Assembly (NCBI GenBank): GCA_047495785.1
Contig: JBLDXI010000013.1
Span: forward strand, 1,922,001-1,986,000
Source: Lepidodermella squamata
Lineage: Eukaryota; Animalia; Gastrotricha
Reading direction: 5' to 3'
DNA: 64,000 bases
Made by a program: the position numbers and the translations under genes. The notes below the pieces were generated by a model, which saw only the letters and a program-made list of their open reading frames with translations, had not been told where the DNA came from and did not search any database. Shown here piece after piece: positions 37,731 to 51,202 of this stretch. How positions within the stretch are numbered: position 1 is the first letter of the stretch; every line of letters begins with the position of its first letter.

Positions 37731-39378
37731 AAAAAGTTTATATAAAGGATGGAAATTTCTGAACCGTGCAGTTTTTCTCGGGATGGATGCACTCCAGTGA
37801 GCTGCTTTATATACACTGTCACACGGGAGGGGACTTGTTATGATGAATGACCTATTTGACAGGTTGCTCTTTGTTGGATGTAAATTTTAATCGTTCGGTA
37901 ATTGCCATCAATTATTTGTCAGTCAAATGGGTAAGCTAAAATATTCAAGTTGACGAGTGCCTCCTATATTTTCATCCAACCGTGACAGGGTAAACAACAC
38001 GCGCACTTCAAGTATGGGCATCTCAATGTCATGAGGGAGTCTTCGATTCAAGTTTAAGCTCGCAGACTCCGCCTTACCGGGACATCTCTCAATCTCTCCG
38101 AAACCGAAGCTGATTCTTTTGTCCTAAGCTTACCATTCAATTTAAAAAAACGGAGCTACTGTTTCACATCTTATTAAAGTCCATGTCGATTTCTAGGAAC
38201 ACGACTACGCGTCATCATCGGGATCTTCAGTGCTATTAATTAATTGTTATCCTAATAGATGCGCTAATTTCCTAATCATCACATAAAAATCAGACATAAT
38301 TAACTTGACATTTCAATCGTCTAATGATGATTTCATGATGATTTGCTTAATGACATGTCAAGGTATTTAGTGGATGTCCTACTCTAAAGTTAAACTCGGA
38401 AATTTTGTCTGCGGAAGTGGGAAATGGACCAGTTCAAAATTACTGAAATGAATGAATGACAGATCAATAAGCATCAGCAAGGAGGCTGAGACTATTTTCG
38501 ATTTTTGAAATATCGCACAAGAAAAAAAAATCACTCTAATATTTGAGGATCATTATCACCCTAATTAGGGTGATTTTACTACCGAATTGGGGTGATTTTT
38601 CCTATGCGGGATTCATTTGAAGAAAGCGCTCTTTTATCGATTTAATCATCAGTCAAGAGTTGATATGATAAAGGCTCCGAAAAGTGAAGGCTAACAACAA
38701 ATTAATAGGTTGCGATATCTCAAATTAACCCTATTAAAAATCAAATAAGCCTGAAGTATGATTTTTCATCTCATATACTTTTGGGATCCTATATCATATT
38801 AGGCCCTTACGTTTGAATCGTTGGAATCGGCTTGTTCCTTTTTTGCTTTTTATTCTACATCATGGTTTCGAACTTTCGTTCTCAAAGGCCATTTTCACCG
38901 AATTTTTCGCCAATATGGACTCGAAATATGGGAATCAATTCCGCTGCGAAGTGATTCCATGCCCTATTAACCTCTTGTCGCTTCTCATGGCGGCGAAATG
39001 AAGTCAAGGTCATGATGTATTTCATCTTTCATCCTTTTATTTTCTCATTCATCTAATTTCGTAACCAACGGGTGTTATTCGCAAAGAAAATAAAACGCGA
39101 TCGGTGAGTAGCAAAGAGATATTAGGAACATACGTCACTAAAAAGGGAGCTAGATTTCCAGGCACTAAGGATAATTATAAATGTCGAAAACATAAATGTA
39201 GCTCTGGAGTCCTAGATACACTATCCCGCGATTAAAAAATTAGAACATTTTTTCTCAATAATTTTTAAGACAGACAAATTCAGTTTGAGATAATACAACA
39301 TAGACATTGATGCGATATAACAAATGAAATTGAGTTGATGCATATATATACTGAATTTCGCTGATTAAAAGGGGGTAT

Positions 39379-39804
39379 TTAGAGGACGAGCGGGGCGGCG
39401 ACGGCGACGACGAGCGCGGTCGAGGCGGCAACAGCGACGGGGGTGGCTCCGCTGACCGAGTTGCACTGGGTCTTGTAGCAGTTGCCGTAGCTTGATCGCG
39501 AGCAGTAGGTCGTGGTCGAGGTGGACGACGACTCCTGGCACGACTCGGTGCAGGTCTGCTGGACGAACGGGTACGTTCCAGAGTTGATGTCCATGCGGCA
39601 GTAGATCTGCGAGCCGGTGCACGTCACGGTCGTGTACGACTTCTCGCACGTGATGCCGTTACCCTCGCAGCTGAAGCAGACCAGCGCGGAACTGGCTGCA
39701 AATCGTAACAACAAAAGTCATATATAACCCCTTATGAGCCTTAACAAAGACTTACCGGCAATCAGAGCAGCAAAGCAGAACAGGAAGGTAGTTGCTGAGG
39801 CCAT
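39379..39804 (-). CDS. Ly6/uPAR (three-finger) GPI-anchored protein L1 (2 exons)
   Basis: Signal-peptide exon, LVCFSC.., 10 Cys ending QCN, then a small-residue omega region and hydrophobic tail. Confidence 0.85.
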
Positions 39805-40487
39805 TTCTTTCGAAGATTTACAACCGACTAATTAACTTGGAAAATGACTATTAAATGCCCTATAATACGAAATAAATTGCTTTCTTAGTTAAGGAAGAGC
39901 GAAATTTCCAGGGATCATTTCCTTTGATTGATTATGTTAAAAAAAAAGGAGGCGGACTTTGAAGAGGGATATCATTGCCAAGCTTGGCATGAAACTCTCA
40001 AATCTTGGAAGGCATAAGGAATCCTGCTATTAAGCTCTGTTCGATAGTTTTGAGCTGTTCTCAGCTTTCGACGTGATTTGATCTCCGACTCGATTCTCGG
40101 ACTTCCAATGCTAAGCTGAAATAAATTCGAAAATATGTTTCGCATTCAGTCATCAGCGGGAAATTTTCGGAAAGAGGAAGGGATTTTTCTGGGTTTTTGT
40201 TATTATGGGATCAGGATGGTGTTTTTTCGATTTCTGCAAACATACTCGTATTTTTTATTTTCAAACTTTTAAATCACTGTGTTAGAAATTTCTTCCCAGC
40301 TTCGTTCAGCAGCTTATGTATGTTGTTAAGGAAGGTTTTATGTATAGATCATCAGCAGGTGAGGTATTGTTATCTTTGATTTTTCCAGGGTAGTGGTTTG
40401 TTCAGCGGTTATCGTTTTCTGGTCGACATACATGAGTGTTAATGAGAGTAAAAGACGGGTCCGGGTTAGGCGAGATTAGTAGCGCGC

Positions 40488-41138
40488 TCAAAACACGTAA
40501 GGAAACAGAGCCGATGCGACGAGGGCGGTTGTTGCCATGGCAACCGACGCCGCGCCATTGACCGAGTTGCATTGCGTCTTGTAGCAGTTGCCGTAGGAGA
40601 AGCGCGAGCAGTAGGTTGTTAGCGACGAGCTGGCCGAGTCCGTACACGAATCGGTACACTGTTGCTGCACGAATGGATACGTTCCGGTGTTGATGTCGAG
40701 GCGGCAGTAGATTTGCGAACTCGTACACACCGTGGTCGTATAGGATCGCTCGCACGTTATGCCGTTGCCTTGGCACTGGAAGCAAGTTAGGCCGTGGCAA
40801 ACTGTCCAAAGAAATCAGAACAATTTGAAAAAACTCCCAATTCTCGAGACAAACAAAAAACGAAAGAAAGGAATGAAAAATGTGGTTATAGGATATTATT
40901 TCTCCCTAAATAGATTCTTAAAACCATGATCATAACTTTTTCCGAGATTAATCCTGAAATAAAGCAATGATCTTGGCAGAGGCTAGTCCTATAAGGAACT
41001 TTTGGAGTAATAGGAATCCTGATTCAAAGACGTCATGAAGGTTTCCAGAAGCTTCGATATAAGACGGAACCAATGATGCGGAAACTTACAAGTAGCAAGC
41101 GTGGCGAAGGTTAGCAGACTGAGGACTAGCGACGCCAT
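40488..41138 (-). CDS. Ly6/uPAR GPI-anchored protein L2 (2 exons)
   Basis: MASLVLSLLTFATLAT|..LTCFQCQGNGITC..YCSRFSYGNCYKTQCN plus GPI signal. Confidence 0.85.
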
Positions 41139-42784
41139 TTAGTCTGTAATCAGCTAAAAGGTAAAAAAAGACAAGTTCAACGACGATTTTATAGGTACAA
41201 TCAACTCGTTAACGCAACTGCGCGGCGCTAAGTGGCAGCGAATCGCAGAAAGTTCAGCACGCAGTAGTAGCTCGTAGGCGGCTGCGTTGATACGTACCGT
41301 TTATTATTTCCCCTATTGTTATCCGATTTTTACGCCTGGGCGTTATTTTTTCAGCACCCTCAACCTCGTATCGGGATTACGTATTTCTTCCGTGTTACGC
41401 CACTTCAACCCGCCCCCTAAAGCTGGCGTCTAGTTTCTAGAGTGTATAAATAAGGCGGTAGTCAAATGGCAATAAAAAGGTGTGAGGAATATACGCAGAT
41501 ATCATAGCGCGTCGAGTGCTAAAAAAGAGTCCGGCGCGGCGTGCGAAATGCGCACTCGGACTCGGCGTCCAGCGAGCGAATTGTGCGTCACCTGGGCGAG
41601 GATGCGCGCGCGCGCGAGCCCGAGCGAGTGCAGCGTGTAATAATAATAATTACATTATTGTCTTGCCGCTGTCAAGAGGGGTCGGCCCAACAACACAGGC
41701 GGGCGGAAAGTGATGCCACATGTACCGTGTCTAAAACATGTGACAAATAACAAGATGCCTATATAGCTGCTCCGTCGTCTTCTTTTTAATATATAACGTA
41801 GGTAGGTTTACCACCAGATAAAACCAGGGTGGACATGAGACAAATAGAACCGCTGCTGCTGGTTATTCGCCCATCTCCATCGCGCGAGGGGTAAAATATA
41901 TGCGAACGAGACTAATAATTGCCGAAGCAATATTTATAGAAGAAAGACGATAGTGGACACGGCAAACACGGCGACTGGCCGATGAGCAGGGAGAGAGAGA
42001 GAGCGCAGGAAAAAGCAATTTTCATTACCATACGCGCTGTTTATACAACAGGATTCGCGTTTCCGGGCCATCAACGCCGGTTTGGCTTTGCGCGCGGCTG
42101 CGGATATACGCATCTCCTTAGCCCCATCGTGCCCTCAGCAGACTGAATCGCAGCTGCAAAAAGCCGCCGTGACTCACCTATGACAACTTGACCACCGCAT
42201 CAGCTACATTGAGACACTCGAGCAGGCGCATCAGGCCAAGTTACGTGAACCGAGCGATCGCCGCCCGGCATTGTTCCACCACCGGCCGCCCAGTAGATGC
42301 CCAGTAGATGCCCAGCAGTCGGCCGCATTTGCAACCCACGGCCTCGCGCTGCCTCTCCAAGACGTCCAAGAGAGCTTGTTTTTTGTATTTGTGAAGTAAT
42401 TGTCAAAACAATAGCCGCAATGTAACCTAGCCTTTTTGACGTCTCTCAAATCCGCCAGCTTTTTCTATGTCACGGGGGGGATATCAAAATATCTCAACTT
42501 TTTTACCCAACCCGCCGCGTGTCACGCGATGACAATTGGGCCCTCGTGGCCGGCGCACGCGTTTTTTCTCGAGCCTCTCTCTGCTTGCTACTGGCGAACA
42601 AAGCCGAGACGCGTCCCAACCTACGCGCCACGCATCACGGGGTGCAAATCGCTCCGATTTGTTTTGCCCGCTCTGAATGCCCTTGCGAGCAGCGAGTTCG
42701 GCCTACGCGCCTTGACATGTTTGCTCAACTTGTAATAGTCAATAAGTTATTGATCTTGAAAATTCCATCCGCAACAAGGCCAAC

Positions 42785-43265
42785 ATGAAGTTCCAAACTT
42801 CTGTCTTGCTCATCGGCTTGATCTCAGCCATGCTTGTCTCAGGTAAGTCCAAGAAATTGTAAAATAAACAAAATTATCGGGTTTTTTTTCATTCAGCCTC
42901 TGCCTCGCTCTACTGCTTCAACTGCCAAGGTAACGGTATCAGCTGCGAAGCCTCGAACACCTACACCCTATGCACATCGCCCCAAATCTACTGCAGGGTT
43001 GGTTGAAAAATTCGAGCCTAAAATACTATAATTTTTTATCAATTTTTTTAAGATGGACGTGACGACTGGAACTTATCCATTTGTTGAGCAGTCGTGCGCA
43101 GCTGATTGCCAGGACTACCAAGATTCGACTCGTAAAACCTACTGCTCAAGGTACAACTTCGGCAACTGCTACCAGAGCCAGTGCAACCGTGTCGGAGCAG
43201 CGTCGGGTGTCTACGCTGGGGTCGCCCTGACCACGGTCGCCGCGGTTGCCGCATGCTTCCTATAG
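42785..43265 (+). CDS. Ly6/uPAR GPI-anchored protein L3 (3 exons)
   Basis: MKFQTSVLLIGLISAMLVS|ASASLYCFNCQGNGISC..IYCR|MDVTTG..YCSRYNFGNCYQSQCN plus GPI signal. Confidence 0.85.
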
Positions 43266-44896
43266 ACAAGCAATTCATCGCAAAGCCAATCCCGATATTA
43301 TTTACGATTTTTACAATATTAACGCTTCCCCGAAAAAAAATTTCGGTATTATTATTATCTGTCGTTTAATCATTCGAATTATTAACTAATTCAGTATTTG
43401 AGAATCTGTTCATTTCCAATTTTAATGCTGCTCTCGACTTCGACTGCTATCATAGTCTGTATTATCTACTATATTTTTCTCATTATGTATATGAATATTC
43501 AAATCGCTGCAGCGCAGATGTTGAAAAAAAATTAAAAAGAAGAATAACTCAACGAAATAGTGGAAACGTGACTTTTGAAAGCATAACTGGAGAACAAATT
43601 TTTCATGAGTCATACGTCTCATTTGATCCGAAATCCAAAAATGTGACTTGGAATAGCCGACATCGAACTATCCTAAATTAAAACTTCGTCAATCATCTCT
43701 GCTCAATCGCCAAGCCCAGGAACCGGAAACTTAAGCTGATTTGACTCGATCCGCTGTTCTGATCGATTCTAAAACCAGACATTTTCTGCGGAACCCACGA
43801 TTTAGCAGAATCGGGACTTCGAAATGACTTCCTCTGTCATAAAAAAAGAATTCGTACTGTCCGAAAGCCCCCTTTGAACATGTTCTTCCAGCTCAAAAAT
43901 ATTCCCAAACTGTATGACCCTTTGCCGAATCAATATCGACTTCGGAATTACTCGATGAATTTCCCTGAACTTCAGTGAAATTTAGTGACAATTATTGTCG
44001 GATATTTCAATACTATCCTAGGTTTCCGATGGAAAAATCAGACATTTGTCTGATAAGAGAAGACATATGTCTGATGAAAAAAGTCACCCCCATAATTGTT
44101 CCATCAATTAGGACACGATGTGGACAACAATTATACCGCATGGTTAAACACTAATTATTACAAAATTGCCAATGATGACCCTTTGAGGTAGTTGGAGCGT
44201 TTTATTTTAAGCGGAGGCACGCTCAAACGAAAACTTTTTAGAGATGCGAGACCGATTTTGCGCGCCATGATAATTGAAGACATGTCACCTTAAAAATTAA
44301 GAAAATATACGTCAAACACATTTATAGTAACAGCAAATAACCACGCTGTTCCAGAAGACGAGCAGTAACTAGATTAAATTTAATATAAAGTAAACTTTTT
44401 TTATAAAGAAATCTCTATACCAGGTAATATTGATAAGATTTTGGCTTAAATTTCTCGCTTTCTTTATCTTTATTGACTTGATTGTTCCAGGGTAGGTCAA
44501 ATTCGACGATTTCATTAAAACTTGATTGGGCAGCATCATGTATAGGAATGTCTTGATAATTTTCACCCACTATAGGTACAGTCCAGGGCAAAACCTGATA
44601 GAGAATCATGCTAATATGTACGGCGACCTTGTGTTGTCTGTTCGTGTAATTAAATTAGCCCTTCAATCTTGGATGTGCTGAAAGATTAGGATGTCAGGTA
44701 ATATAAGTCTAACCGGGTCGAATACCTCTAAATTTCAGTTGTTTTCGATATAAACACCGATCCGCCTTGTCACTCGAGATGAAGGCAATGATGCAAAAAT
44801 AAAGTGCGCCAATTAAGCGGCAATGGAATATATATATAAAGGTATCCATTCCGCTCAGAATGTACTGCAATCTAAAATTTTACGACTTGTTCCAAG

Positions 44897-45359
44897 ATGA
44901 CCCTCAATATCAAACCGTGCGATTGCATTTCTATGATTATTTGGACAAGCTTAGTTTGCTTATTGTTATCTTCTTACGTTGGAGCAACGACCCCGGGCCG
45001 GTCCCTCGCCGCAGCCTTTAATGATCGAATCGACAAGGCTATACCGCCTCAGCAAGATGCAAAGTTGCAAAACGCCCTGAAACGTGAGTCATCTGCTTTT
45101 CCAATTCACACGCCTCATTAACAAGCAATTTTTATCTTCAGAATTATTTTGGAAACTGTTCAAAAAAGGCGAATACAATCGAGCCTTTGTACTGCTGCGA
45201 GAAATCAATCACTGGCGGAAAAATAATCGACTGAAAAGCTGTCTCGATCATTTGCCGCCGCCTATTTGCTTGAACAACAGCCCGGATCCGTTTTACGTGT
45301 GGGCGCGCATCGCGGCGCAGAGATTTCATGAGAACCATAGCAATCTTCAAATTGTATAA
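44897..45359 (+). CDS. Secreted family copy S4 (second subtype, 2 exons)
   Basis: Signal peptide; phase-1 intron at the same position (NALK|QLFWKLFKK); RLKSCLDHLPPPICLNNSPDPFYVWARIAAQ; TATA at ~44830. Confidence 0.85.
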
Positions 45360-45559
45360 TAAACCGGAATATTAGACTTACCTATAAAAAGCCGGGCGAG
45401 ATTTCAATAACCGAGTTAATAGGTTAGTTGATCATTTAGATCACGACTTCCTAGAGAAATACCTATAAAACTTTGGAAGAATCAAAGGACACGATGTTTC
45501 ACAAATGCAAAATTGCGTGCATATTTCTTTTCATTTCTTAAAATCTGTTGATTGCTTTT

Positions 45560-45603
45560 ACTCTACTGATACCTCTACTGATACCTCTACTCTACTGATA
45601 CCT
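45560..45603 (+). repeat. Short tandem repeat (CTCTACTGATAC) x ~3
   Basis: Read directly from the sequence. Confidence 0.8.
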
Positions 45604-46639
45604 CGAACACTATAATGCCTGCAAGACACCTGATTACATTCGGCAGGTGTAGTGATTACCGTACTTCAAAATTTTACCTCAAAAAACCAACCAGCTTATT
45701 TATTTATATTTCCATGTTAAATATTTTTTTCTAATTGTGGATACTAAAAAACTGAAGATTTGTTCATCACCGTGTTATTTTTTTATCTGTCTCTCGCTAC
45801 AACACATGCTTTACGTTTTGAAGCTTAGTTTTATTGTTATAGGTACAGTGAACACGAGAAATCAATAAATAAATGGCGTAAATATCAATATTATCCTTTT
45901 TCATCACGGTTGATCATATGAGAGCAGTTGTTGGTGCAGTGACAAAAAAATAGCAGGGGGACTACAAAGAAATCCTCAATCTTTTAGCATCCGCAGATTT
46001 GGACTAATATTAAACATTGAAATTCAAATAAATACATTTTTTAAGGACCATATCTCGGCAATGGTTTGTTTTGAGGAAATAGCTCAATTTTTCGCTAGGA
46101 TTCAGGCTGCGATCATAAGTTTCCCGCATGTCCGAATTTGAAGGTAGGTTAGATATTTACTGCAACATTTTTAGAAGCCCCTGAGTTTCCTTGTCCATAA
46201 TTGACAGCTAATTAGGGCCCATCCACCTATGGTACCGTAGTCAAGTCTCAGATTTCATAGCACAGTGATAATTGAGACTAATTACTGTAATTTCACCCCA
46301 GGTCAAGATGCAACCTCACGTATACTGTCTTTTCACATGTTTGTGAAGCAATTTTAGGGTTAAGGTATGGGGCAAATTCAGTCTTTTGAAATGCTATCGG
46401 CAGCTGATATAATAATCAAGATGTATTCGGACGGGGTAATTTCGGACTATTTTGGCTATAAGCGTGAGTTTCTCCTCAACCCTGGTAGATGAAAATACTG
46501 TTCGAAAGGCAGAAGATAGCCCAGAGTCTCGTCTTTCAAATGACATCTGAAACATGAGAAACATATTTTTTTGCGAAAAATGGTTGTACTTCATCTGTGC
46601 TTGCTCGCTGCGTCGAGGTAAAAAATTGCCAATTTTTCA

Positions 46640-47860
46640 AACGGCAGTGATGACAATTGACTACCACGACACCAATTCGGTGTTCAGCGTTCAGCCACTA
46701 CCGTATTTCATCATATAATAGCCATGGCTACTATTTTTTCCGTAACTCCGAAAATGGTCCAAAAATCGAGGGGGCTACCATTCGAGGGGGGCTATTATTT
46801 ATTGGCAATTGGCAAATTTCAGCATCGCAAGTCGTTTCCGTGGTTGACTTTTCTGTTGTCTGACCCACGCTGCTATTCTCTCCTCGACATCCGCAAACAG
46901 CGGCTTACGCCCACCACCTCTAATCCGCTTAGCAGTTGGAGGCGACGAAATTAGGACAGCTTTGTCCCTCCTCCAGCGCGCCACCTGCTTCGGACAAGGC
47001 AAGGCTATTATTCGAGGCGGGCTATTATTCGAGGGAGGCTATTAATCGATGAAATACGGTATATTCTACCAACGAACCCTTATTTTTATTTATCAGCGAT
47101 GTAGGCCTCTCGATAACAAAACGTAAGAAACTTGTTACACTGTTACTGGATTTTTAAAGAAGCTTTCGATTGTATTTGCCACGACGGGCTACGTCTCAAG
47201 CTAAATCAGTCGGGGGTACCGGTGCCAATAGTAAGATGGGTCTCTGACTTCCTGCGTGACCGATCATTTCAAGTCAAAGTGGAAAGCGAGCTATCTGCAA
47301 CGAGGAACATCTATTGCGTCGTGCCGCAAGGCTCGCCCTTGTCTTTTCATTTTTTATGCCAACGACATGCAGCCCAAAAGCTGTAACCCCGATGACGGAG
47401 TACGTCGTGTCGCCAAAGGCCACATCGACGTAATCGCGTCAAAGATCCGAAAATGCGTCGGGTCTCTGTATGGGATTTTGAAAACTAAGTCGTTACCCAA
47501 AAGGGTTTGTGTTATGTTTTATCAGACTCTTTCGGAGCAGATCCTACTTTATGGTGCGCCTGTCTGGTTCTGCCTGAGCCCTTCATCCTTGAGCCGCCTG
47601 GTGGACTTACAAGCCTACTGAGAGCCCTTTTGAGCCTTCCTCACGAAACACACCCTATCGACGTCATCGTATTTGCCGGAGTCCCCGGCATCGACCTCAA
47701 GTTTGATGAAGCCCTAAAGAGATACGGCGAACCATGTCTCGCAAGCTCACTCGTAACTGCCAAGTATCTAGACCACATATCGACCCTGACGATACAGCAC
47801 ATGAAATTGAAAAACACTGCCCAGCGTGGCATATTCGAAATCAACCGAGGCCTCAAAATC
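46640..47860 (+). mobile_element. Degenerate non-LTR retrotransposon (LINE) reverse-transcriptase fragment, interrupted by a pogo element
   Basis: HQFG.. before the insertion, then KEAFDCICH, FLRDRSFQV, VPQGSPLS, FYAND and LLYGAPVW, with frameshifts and stops. Confidence 0.85.
46701..47059 (-). mobile_element. Internally deleted pogo/Tigger-like DNA transposon
   Basis: TIRs CCGTATTTCATC / GATGAAATACGG flanked by a TA TSD; subterminal ggctattattcgag repeats; transposase HTH remnant QVARWRRDK..GGGRKPLFADVEERIAAWVRQQ. Confidence 0.88.
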
Positions 47861-49076
47861 GGGTTGTCGGAATTTTTAATACTTACTGTGAGTTTTCCGA
47901 TGAAATCAGACATTTGACTGATAAGAGAAGACATATATGATGAAACAGTCACCCCCATAATTGTTCCATCAATTAGGACACGATATGGATATCAATTATA
48001 TCGCATGATTAAACAATAATCATTGCGAAATTGCCAGCAATGATGACCCTTTGAGGTAGTTGGAGCATTATATTTTAAGCGTAGGACCGATATTACGCGT
48101 GACGACAGTTGAAGCATGTCACTTTGAAATTTAAGAAAATATACGTCAAACACATTTATAGTCACAGCAAATAACCACGCTGTTCCAGAAGACGAGCAAT
48201 TACCTTGGATTAACCTAGATTAATAAATGAAATATCGATTTCGTATTTCACCTGTAGCATAATTGTTGTACGCTTTGGTAGCAACTTATAATCCGACTTG
48301 ATGCCTAGCACCAGGCCATTTGTTGAAAAATCGGAAGTTAAATTTCTATTTTACGCCATTGGAATGGTTTTTACTCACCCTACCTGACTCTTCGCCTAGA
48401 GCACTTCTTAGAAACGTTGTTTACATAAATATTTCCTGATGAGCAATAATCCTGATGCGCGCTGGTGTTGGGCAATTATTATAAGTCAGGCTCGTATTTT
48501 ATTCCGCCGAAATTGAACGTTGACTGATTGATAAGAGATAAATTTCTTCGTTTTATATTGAGCGTTAGGCTCCAAAAGACCGAAATTTGGTTGGACGGTC
48601 GAGACCGTCGAGGATTGAGCGTGTATAGGTAGGCCAAATTAGACGATATCAATGAAACCTGATTGGGCCTAAAGCGGAATGTATTGGAACGTCTGCTTCG
48701 TAGACAACACTATGTTTGTCTATGCTAATTCTTGCTTGCGAATTCTTCAAAATTTTCACCCACGAAAGTCCACGGCAAAAGCTGACAGAGAATCAAGCCG
48801 CGCGGCGACCACACGTTGTCTTTTCGTGTAATCAAATTAGCCCTTCAATCTTGAATGTGTTGAATGATTAGGAGGCTAGGCAATAAACGTCTAACCGGGT
48901 CGAATTCTGAAAAATTTCAGTTGTTTTCGATATATCAACCGATCCGCCTTGTCACTCGACATAAAAGCAATGATGCAAAAATAAGTGCGCCAATTAAGCG
49001 GCAACCGAATGTATATATAAAGGTAACAATTCTGCCCATTTACATGTACTATCTAATATTTACGACTTTTTTAAAG

Positions 49077-49539
49077 ATGACCTTAACTCTCAAACCGTGC
49101 GATTGCATTTCTATCATTATTTGGATGAGCTTAGTTTGCTTATTGTTATCTTCTTACGTTGGAGCAACGACCCCGGGCCAAGCTCTTGTAGCAGCCTTTA
49201 ATGATCGAATCGATAAGGCTATACCCCCTCAACAAGATGTAAAATTTCAAAAAGTCCTGAAACGTGAGTTATTTGACCTTTCAATTCACACGCCTTTGTA
49301 ACAAGCAATTTTTCTGTGCAGAATTATTCTGGAAACTGTTCAAAAGAGGCAAATACGATCGAGCCTTTGTGTTGCTGCGAGAAATCAATCACTGGCGGAA
49401 AAATAATCGACTGAAAAGCTGTCTCGATCATTTACCGCCGCCGATTTGCTTGAACAACAGCCCGGATCCATTTTACATGTGGGCGCGCATCGCGGCGCAG
49501 AGATTTCATGAGAACCATAGCAATCTTCGAATTGTATAA
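49077..49539 (+). CDS. Secreted family copy S5 (near-identical paralog of S4, 2 exons)
   Basis: MTLTLKPCDCISIIIW.. signal peptide; same intron; RLKSCLDHLPPPICLNNSPDPFYMWARIAAQ. Confidence 0.85.
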
Positions 49540-51202
49540 TAAACCGGAATTCTAGGCTTACTATAATTACTACAATAGTATGTATAATGCTTTTAGGATC
49601 AATAAAGTCGGGCAAGATTTCATTCACAGAGTTGAAAAGTAATTGATCATTTAGATAACGACTTCCAAGAGACTTGTTACAAAACTTCGCAGGAATTGAA
49701 GACCGAGGAATGTTATCTCGTTAGGGATACAAATGGGATACCGCTGTAAGGATATTCTTGTCATCTCTGAGAATCTGTCTTACATTTAGTGGAACTAAAT
49801 TTTGAAATTTTCAATGCGCCTAAAATCACTTTTCGAAACTTTCAAGGGTGTCATGATAGATAAGTTGTCAGCGTCAAATTCTGTATAAGACGCATGCTTC
49901 ATTATACATTATAGAATTCAGGCATTGCCTTAATTTCATAGAAATATTCGAAAAGCTTATTGAAAAAATTGGGTTCCGCTAAACAATATTTTACTACTCA
50001 AACCCGACAAAGGCCATGACTAAGGCCTGACAGACTCGCTGAACACACTCGGCAATCCTTTTTTGTGAGGCAATAGCTCATTTTTTCCGCTAGAAATCAA
50101 GCCGCGATTATCATTCATAAGTTTTCCGCTCGTCCGAATTAGAAGGTAGGTTAGATTAAGTCTAACATTTTTAGAATCCCTCAAGCAGACTGTCCCCAGA
50201 ATTCGACCGCCCGTGTCCTGTAGCGTAATTGACAACTAATTAGGGCCTATCCAACCAGACCACCCAGGTACACAGATCTACGTAGTCTTGAGTTTCAAAG
50301 CACAGCTGTGTTAATTGAGCTTAATCAATGTAATTTCTAATTTCACCCCAGGTCAAGATGCCAACCTCACGTACCCTGACATTTCAAATGTTCGTGAAAC
50401 AATTTTAGGGTTTAGGTATGGGGCAAATTCCGTCTGTTTTGCAATCGAACTATGATCGAATTATAACTCCTGACTTTATCAGTCTTATTTGCAAAATCGC
50501 TGCAGAATCTATACCAAACCGGACAACCTGATTAACATACTTCAATTGCTTTTCCAGACCAATCAAAAAGTTGATTTTCTGGACGCAAATATGGCGTCTA
50601 GTTACCAGGAAAAGTCCTGGACAGAGAAAGAGACTTCGTCCTTTAAAAATTCATGAAAACTTTCAGCTGTTTTATTTTTGCCTTTGCTCGTAAAATTTTT
50701 AATACGAAATCGCATGACCGTTACAACAACAATAATGTAATATGTTATCCGACAATAATAAATAAAGATGTTCATGATCGTGACATTGGCATCATTCAAC
50801 CATCAAAACTAAGTAAATAAACTGGATACAACTGATATATAAATTGAATAATAATTCGGGGCTAAAGGCCGATGACGATTGCAAGCCAACACGGGCGGCC
50901 ATTATTTTGATTTGAGGCATCTTTGCATAGCAAGTTAAAAGCACCTGCGACTCAAAAATCATCATATTTCAATATAATATATTTATAACTCATCAGCGGT
51001 ATAACAATTTTTTTTTTGCAAATTTTCGTGATTTTTCTGTCCGATTTTTCGGGTAGTGAAAAACGTGTAGAAACAAAGAGCGGCGTTTTTGTTTTTTTGA
51101 CAGACTGATAGATGATAGCAATCATCTCATAGAGGCATGTGTGAGCTAGATTTTTTTGTTGAGACATTTTTATCAGAAATTAGAGAAGCCGTCTTTTCTA
51201 TT

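Larger units (their letters stand above)
44021..50434 (+). repeat. Tandem segmental duplication of a ~2.4-2.5 kb unit (44021-~46383 and ~47891-50434), each carrying one secreted-family gene
   Basis: Collinear shared blocks (tcagacattt..gataagagaagacat; gtcacccccataattgttccatc; promoter; gene; tttcaccccaggtcaagatg; ggtatggggcaaattc). Confidence 0.85.

Noticed and set aside
41200-42780. CG-rich region with short ORFs between L2 and L3
   Set aside because: No coherent protein or RNA-gene signature; best read as a divergent regulatory region.
48864-49076. N-terminal extension of ORF 48864-49301
   Set aside because: It spans the promoter and TATA shared with S4; the homologous start is ATG 49077.
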